Below are positions 58,616 to 64,000 of a DNA stretch of 64,000 bases, piece by piece; within the stretch, counting starts at the first letter, position 1, and each line of letters starts with the position of its first letter. The stretch is from Spirochaetaceae bacterium. GTDB taxonomy: Bacteria; Spirochaetota; Spirochaetia; DSM-2461. The translations under genes were made by a program, and so were the position numbers. Under the pieces are notes generated by a model. The model did not search any database. It was not told the origin of the DNA and saw only the letters and a list, made by a program, of their open reading frames with translations. Location: the NCBI GenBank assembly GCA_965224705.1, contig OZ245056.1, forward strand, positions 2,368,001 through 2,432,000, read 5' to 3'.

Positions 58616-59359
58616 ATGTCCGATCAAGAGAGGGCCGCTAAAAAAGAAAAAGGTTCTGGTGGTGCTGATGACTGGCTCACAACTTACGCTGATATGGTCA
58701 CTCTTCTCCTTACTTTTTTTGTTTTACTGATGAACCCAGATAATCCAATTGACAGCCAGAGAGTTGAATTAATTATGCAGGCTTTTCAGGGACTTGGCCC
58801 CATGCAGGGTGGAAATACTCTGTCGGAAGGAATCCTGGCTGAGTTGGGCAATGATGTGGCGAATTTGCCATCAAAAACTGGGGGGAACCGTCTTAAGAAT
58901 GCCCGCAAAAAAGCTGTAAGTGAATTTCAACCAGAAATACAAAACCGATTTGTGAAGATAAAGGAAGATGAACGGGGTCTGGTCATTACCCTTGCCGGTG
59001 ATTTCCTTTTTAAGAGGGGCAGTGCTGAAGTTGATCTGGAACAATCCAGAAATACACTGCGAAAACTTGCTCAATATCTTGAATCCGACGATCTGGAGAA
59101 TAGAAAAATTCGTCTTGAAGGTCATTCAGACTCACTGCCAACAGAACCCCAGGGTCCATGGCCTACAAACTGGGAGTTATCAGCCGCTCGTTCATCATCT
59201 GTTTTGCATTATCTTGTTGATTATGGAGCAACAGAAAATCGCTTTCAAATTGCAGGTTTTGCCGATACAGTGAAAATCCGCAATCCAGAACGAACGGAAG
59301 CCGATCGTGCTGAAAACAGACGAGTTGATATTGTTATTCTCAAAGAAGGACATGAATGA
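58616..59359 (+). CDS. motB: Flagellar stator protein MotB
   Basis: WLTTYADMVTLLLTFF, EGHSD, NWELSAAR, NRRVDI. Confidence 0.96.
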   Translation: MSDQERAAKKEKGSGGADDWLTTYADMVTLLLTFFVLLMNPDNPIDSQRVELIMQAFQGLGPMQGGNTLSEGILAELGNDVANLPSKTGGNRLKNARKKAVSEFQPEIQNRFVKIKEDERGLVITLAGDFLFKRGSAEVDLEQSRNTLRKLAQYLESDDLENRKIRLEGHSDSLPTEPQGPWPTNWELSAARSSSVLHYLVDYGATENRFQIAGFADTVKIRNPERTEADRAENRRVDIVILKEGHE

Positions 59360-59440
59360 ATAAAATATATAAAACAGGGGCTGACACACTTTTCGTAAAT
59401 ATGCTATTGTTTTATAGACATCAAGGGAGGGCGATGTCCT

Positions 59441-60006
59441 ATGTCTGATGAACAGCTGGAACTTGGTAACGCCTTGGAATCTGAGGGTGAAGGTTTTACT
59501 TCTGAGCCGACAAAGCGCAAATTATTCTCAGATCGAATAGTAAAACTCTTATTCTTTCTTGTATTCGGTGTCATTGCTATATTCCTGAGTATTACGATCG
59601 TTTCTTTACATATCGGTTCATGGATAGGGGGAATCGAACGCGTCAATTCCCGGTTTTATCCGAAGAGTATAATACAGTTGTACCAGAATATGCTATCTGG
59701 ACATTTCTCGCTGATGATGGCTATGATTTGAGAACTCAAACAAGTGATCAGGAACGGTTCACAGTTTCAGCAAGAATCAAGTTTGGTTACGATGATAAAA
59801 CTTACAAAGAACTCTCCAGTGAACTGACCAGTAAGAATGATATTTTGATGGATGCGATACGCTTTTATTTCAGCCAGCGAACGAAGGCTCAGTTATCGGA
59901 TGAAATGGCGGTGAAAGCAGAATTGCTGAGCAGGGTTAACAGTTACCTTTCCCAGGGAGAAATTGAGCAGATATTGTTTTTGCAGTATCAAATTATTGGG
60001 CTGTAG
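59441..60006 (+). pseudogene. fliL: FliL split by a 1-nt frameshift near 59605 (pseudogene or sequence error)
   Basis: The N-terminal TM part (ORF 59441) and the periplasmic part (ORF 59620-60006, DAIRFYFS...IEQILF) are in different frames. One added base at GTTTCTTTACA joins them. Confidence 0.8.
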
Positions 60007-60023
60007 TTAAATAGGAGAACCAA

Positions 60024-61055
60024 GTGACAGAAGTTCTGTCCCAGGACGAAATTGATCAACTACTCACCGCCATTAGTTCTGGAACTACCGAAACTGAGGA
60101 AACGACACATACAGCGGAACGAAGAAATATCCGTATATGGGATTTTCGCCGTCCTGATAAGTTTTCAAAGGAGCAAATTCGGACAGTTTCATTCATGCAT
60201 GAAACGTTTGCACGTCTTACAACTACAAGTTTGGCCGCTCAGCTGAGATCCATGGTTCATGTCCATGTTGCATCAGTCGATCAGCTTACATATGAAGAAT
60301 TCCTTCGGTCAATACCCTCTCCAACTGCCCTGGCTGTTATCAGTATGGATCCTCTCTCTGGTTCTGCCATACTTGAAATCGACCCGGCCATTACTTTTAC
60401 AATGATTGATCGATTGTTTGGCGGCCCCGGAGAAGGGGTTAAAATCAACAGGGAAATATCGGAAATTGAACGTGCCGTCATGGAATCCATCATTGTCCGG
60501 GTCCTTGGAAACCTGCGTGAATCCTGGAGTCAGGTAGTCGATCTTCGCCCAAGATTGGGTCAAATTGATACGAATCCCCAGTTTGTACAAATAGTCCCGC
60601 CGACAGAAATGGTGTTATTGGTAACATTGGAAACGAAAATCGAAAACGTTGAGGGAATGATAAACATCTGTATACCCTACCTGACGATTGAGCCTATTAT
60701 TTCAAAGCTGTCAGCACAATACTGGTATTCTTCAGTTCGCCGGGGTATTTCTTCAGAGAATCTGATTTTGCTCAAGGAGAAATTGGAGAAGGTTTTTATT
60801 CCGATTATTGCTGAAATTGGGAAAATCAATCTGCCTATGAAGAATATTATTTCAATGGAGCCTGGAAATGTCATACGTCTTCCAGGTGTTCGAATTGGAG
60901 ATCAAATGACTCTAAAAATGGGGAATAAACCAAAATTTGAGTGCAGGCCGGGTGTGATAGGAACTCGGCTGGCTGTTCAGGTGACACGGCAGATTGAAGG
61001 TATTGATGAAACAGAATTTGACGAGCTTATTTCCGAAGGAGAATTAGATGAGTGA
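60024..61055 (+). CDS. fliM: Flagellar motor switch protein FliM
   Basis: MTEVLSQDEIDQLL, DFRRPDKFSKEQ, NPQFVQIVPP. Confidence 0.97.
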   Translation: MTEVLSQDEIDQLLTAISSGTTETEETTHTAERRNIRIWDFRRPDKFSKEQIRTVSFMHETFARLTTTSLAAQLRSMVHVHVASVDQLTYEEFLRSIPSPTALAVISMDPLSGSAILEIDPAITFTMIDRLFGGPGEGVKINREISEIERAVMESIIVRVLGNLRESWSQVVDLRPRLGQIDTNPQFVQIVPPTEMVLLVTLETKIENVEGMINICIPYLTIEPIISKLSAQYWYSSVRRGISSENLILLKEKLEKVFIPIIAEIGKINLPMKNIISMEPGNVIRLPGVRIGDQMTLKMGNKPKFECRPGVIGTRLAVQVTRQIEGIDETEFDELISEGELDE

Positions 61056-62172
61056 TGGAGTCCTCTCTCAAGATGAAATTGATGCTTTGCTGGGAGGTGA
61101 TGCAATTCCTTCCATGCCTTCAGATACTGGTGCTGGCGGTCCGAATGCTTCGGGCAGCATGGATTTGAGCGGCATAATTGAATTGCTTGAACCAGTCGCC
61201 GACAATCTGGGTGAATCACTGACTGCTGCCCTGTCAAAGAAAGTAAGCTTTGGTAAACCAGATATACAAATAGTTGCCAGGGAAGATCTTCTTCCTGTTC
61301 TACCGGATGAAATTGTGGAGTTTAAGAGTAACTTCAAGGGGGGATTAACCGGCATGCATCTCCATCTGATCTCCAGGGATGATGCATTGAAAATAGCCGC
61401 ACCAATGATAGGTCAGGATGGTTTGGAACTGGATGAAACAACGATTGGTGCTGTCGGTGAAGCTGTGAATCAAATTAATGGTATAACTCTGGCTGCAATT
61501 GGAGAAAAAGTAAGTGATGCAATTCTACCGGATGTGCCGGAAGGTCAGGTAATCCCTAAAGCAACGATCGGCCTTCCTGACGGTCAGATAATCCAGGCGA
61601 TTTACAATGTTGAGGTTGAGGATCAGGGCAGTTTTGAAATACGGGAAATCTTTGAGATGGAAATGCTGAGCAGTTTCATTGGCAAACAGACACTCAGCAG
61701 TGATGCAGATTCTCTGAGTTCTTTTGAATCATTGATGGAAACGGCCCCTGCAGCGAACCAGATGAGTAATCCTGGACAGGTCTCGCTTAATACGGACATG
61801 TCGTCTGGACTGGGCAGCCCATTGATTGGAGTTTCAGGTGATAATGCTTCTGCCAGACCCAGTGTTCAGGGAATACAACTGCCCAATCTTTCGCCATTAA
61901 GCTCTGCGGGTGAACAGAGAAACATTGGACTCCTCATGGATGTGTCCATGGAACTCTCCGTTGAACTTGGACGAACAAAATGGAAAATTAAGGATATCCT
62001 TGGTATTGGTGAAGGTACAATCGTTGAATTGGATAAACTTGCCGGTGAACCTGTGGATATTCTGGTTAACAACAATCTTCTTGCTAAAGGTGAGGTTGTT
62101 GTTATTGATGAGAACTTCGGAGTCCGCATAACTGAAATTGTCACAACAATCGATAGAATGACTGAGCATTGA
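61048..62172 (+). CDS. fliY: Flagellar motor switch protein FliY/FliN
   Basis: LSQDEIDALL, CheC-like middle region, C-terminal LDKLAGEPVDI..AKGEVVVIDENFGVR. Confidence 0.9.
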   Translation: MSDGVLSQDEIDALLGGDAIPSMPSDTGAGGPNASGSMDLSGIIELLEPVADNLGESLTAALSKKVSFGKPDIQIVAREDLLPVLPDEIVEFKSNFKGGLTGMHLHLISRDDALKIAAPMIGQDGLELDETTIGAVGEAVNQINGITLAAIGEKVSDAILPDVPEGQVIPKATIGLPDGQIIQAIYNVEVEDQGSFEIREIFEMEMLSSFIGKQTLSSDADSLSSFESLMETAPAANQMSNPGQVSLNTDMSSGLGSPLIGVSGDNASARPSVQGIQLPNLSPLSSAGEQRNIGLLMDVSMELSVELGRTKWKIKDILGIGEGTIVELDKLAGEPVDILVNNNLLAKGEVVVIDENFGVRITEIVTTIDRMTEH

Positions 62173-62233
62173 GCGGTCGATAATCCAGGCCGGTTGGGGA
62201 AGAACTGGCTTGAGTTGAACTGGGAGGAACAAA

Positions 62234-62833
62234 TTGAAAATCACATTTATCATACTCATTCTGCTTGTAAGTGGTCTCCAGGTTACAGCTCAGGAGGGCA
62301 GCACAGCAACTCCCCCAGCAGACAGACCGGAAGAAACGGAGATTCTGCTGGATCCAGGAACTGAAACAGACCCTGGAGATGCGGTCATCGGTGGAGAAAA
62401 CCTTCCAGGCCTTGGAATCGGCGATTTCATACGCATGATACTGATCCTTGGCTTTGTGATTGCCCTGGTCTATGGCTTCTTCTGGCTTCTCAAAAGGTTC
62501 TCAGGCGTCAAGGCTGAACGGGAGGATGTCATTCATATTATTTCCACACGACCGCTAAAGGGGGATACCGCTCTTCATCTGATTGAAACTGGAAAAAGAC
62601 TGTTCCTTATCGGAGGTTCCGGGAACTCTATCAATTTAATTACAGAGATTGATGACAAAGAATCAATTGATGAGATTCGATTAACTGCCTCGAAGAACCC
62701 AACCCCCGCAAATGGGTTCAATTCTTTGATTAAGAGGCGATTGAATTCTGGTGCCGGGATAACGGATGCGGGAGAAAACAAGGATCCCGCAGAATTTCTC
62801 CGCCAGCAGAGAGATCGATTACAAGACTTATGA
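62234..62833 (+). CDS. fliO: Flagellar biosynthesis protein FliO (FliZ)
   Basis: Signal peptide plus TM segment, LIG...INLITEI, FLRQQRDRL; position before fliP. Confidence 0.8.
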   Translation: MKITFIILILLVSGLQVTAQEGSTATPPADRPEETEILLDPGTETDPGDAVIGGENLPGLGIGDFIRMILILGFVIALVYGFFWLLKRFSGVKAEREDVIHIISTRPLKGDTALHLIETGKRLFLIGGSGNSINLITEIDDKESIDEIRLTASKNPTPANGFNSLIKRRLNSGAGITDAGENKDPAEFLRQQRDRLQDL

Positions 62834-63630
62834 GACGTTCATGGCTCAGACAGAAGATTTTCACTCTATTTTTGATCTTTTTGTTCAGTTCACAGTCCAT
62901 TACTGCCCAGGAAGCGGAAACCGCCGGTGATACCCAGAACGATGGAATCCCCATTCCTTTCGTCGATTTGACACTGAGGGAACCCCTGTCCAATAATGAA
63001 ACATCCCTTTCGATACAATTGCTGTTATTGCTTACAATTATCAGTCTGGCACCATCCATAGCCGTACTGATGACCAGTTTTTTACGGATCTCCATTGTTC
63101 TTGATTTCGTAAAGCGCGCTCTTTCCCTTCAGCAGGTACCTCCAAACTCTGTGCTCATGGGAATCGCTCTTTTTATTACATTGTTCATTATGTTCCCTAC
63201 GTTTACTTCGGTGTATCAAGAGGCCTTTGTACCCTATGCCGATGGTCAGATTGAAACAGAGGAACTGTATGCGAAGGCTGTCTCGCCTCTTAGATACTTC
63301 ATGTATCGTCAAATGGCTTCGGATACAAAGAATATCACATTATTCATGAATCTATCGGGATTGGAAAAACCGGAAACTTTTGCAGATGTTCCAACATACG
63401 TGCTGATACCAGCCTTTGTCCTTCATGAACTGATAGTTGCATTTCGTATCGGTATATATATATATGTACCGTTTATTATCATTGATATGCTGGTTGCATC
63501 CATCCTGATGTCGATGGGGATGATAATGCTTCCACCTGTGATGATATCAATGCCGTTCAAATTGATTCTTTTTGTTCTGGTGGATGGCTGGACTCTGCTG
63601 GTTGAACAAATTGTCCTGGGTTTTCAATAA
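62830..63630 (+). CDS. fliP: Flagellar export gate FliP
   Basis: MTSFLRI, QQVPPN, LMSMGMIMLPP, LFVLVDGW. Confidence 0.96.
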   Translation: MRRSWLRQKIFTLFLIFLFSSQSITAQEAETAGDTQNDGIPIPFVDLTLREPLSNNETSLSIQLLLLLTIISLAPSIAVLMTSFLRISIVLDFVKRALSLQQVPPNSVLMGIALFITLFIMFPTFTSVYQEAFVPYADGQIETEELYAKAVSPLRYFMYRQMASDTKNITLFMNLSGLEKPETFADVPTYVLIPAFVLHELIVAFRIGIYIYVPFIIIDMLVASILMSMGMIMLPPVMISMPFKLILFVLVDGWTLLVEQIVLGFQ

Positions 63631-63641
63631 GGAGAAGCTGA

Positions 63642-63911
63642 ATGGAATTAAGCAGTGTTATTGAGTTAATGCGTTCATCTGTAACGATGATAGTCATCGT
63701 AGCTGCTCCAGTTTTACTTGTAGCCATGGGTGTCGGATTGATTATTTCAATTATTCAGGCAACGACAAGTATTCAGGATCAAACGCTTACCTTCGTACCA
63801 AAAATCCTTGCAATTCTTGCAGTACTTGCAACACTGTTCGGCTGGATGGCCACCCGATTGATAAGTTTTACGACTATACTTTTTGAAAGGATATCCAGTC
63901 TCACCGTATGA
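63642..63911 (+). CDS. fliQ: Flagellar export gate FliQ
   Basis: QATTSIQDQTLTFVPK. Confidence 0.95.
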   Translation: MELSSVIELMRSSVTMIVIVAAPVLLVAMGVGLIISIIQATTSIQDQTLTFVPKILAILAVLATLFGWMATRLISFTTILFERISSLTV

Positions 63912-64000
63912 ATGTCTGGGGGGATTTAATCAATGAAGCACAACTTTTTCTGATTGTGTTTGCCAGGGTGGCGGCCCTGCTGCGAACGGCCCCATTGACT
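63908..64000 (+). CDS. fliR: Flagellar export gate FliR, N-terminal fragment
   Basis: MNVWGDLINEAQLFLIVFARVAALLRTAPL; overlaps the fliQ stop and runs off the window. Confidence 0.85.
   Translation, partial: MNVWGDLINEAQLFLIVFARVAALLRTAPLT

Overview
The window comes from a spirochete chromosome, probably a free-living Spirochaetaceae-type organism: it carries two FlaA sheath genes, FlbB, and a dcw-xer-hsl-fla superoperon. The right two-thirds (22-64 kb) is mostly housekeeping: fbaA, TatD, a cNMP-sensor kinase, flaA x2, rsmA, comEC, a reduced dcw cluster, xerD/dprA/xerC/hslVU and flgB-fliR, with fliL split by a 1-nt frameshift. The left third, between a partial valS and tRNA-Leu(TAA), is accessory and has three parts. 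(1) A nest of four mobile elements: an IS1380 inside an ISAs1-type MITE inside an unclassified Zn-finger/DD(D) IS, which a second MITE also interrupts. The three inner insertions show exact TIRs and target duplications, and three of the four families have short sister copies elsewhere in the window. (2) A 3796-aa secreted coiled-coil protein ending in an AT-richer M23-peptidase-like tip, resembling a polymorphic toxin. (3) A cysD-cysN(C)-cysteate synthase-SulA/CapB-like cluster that looks like a capnine/sulfonolipid pathway, a lipid class characterised mainly in Bacteroidota. All family calls come from motif recognition by eye; no searches were run.
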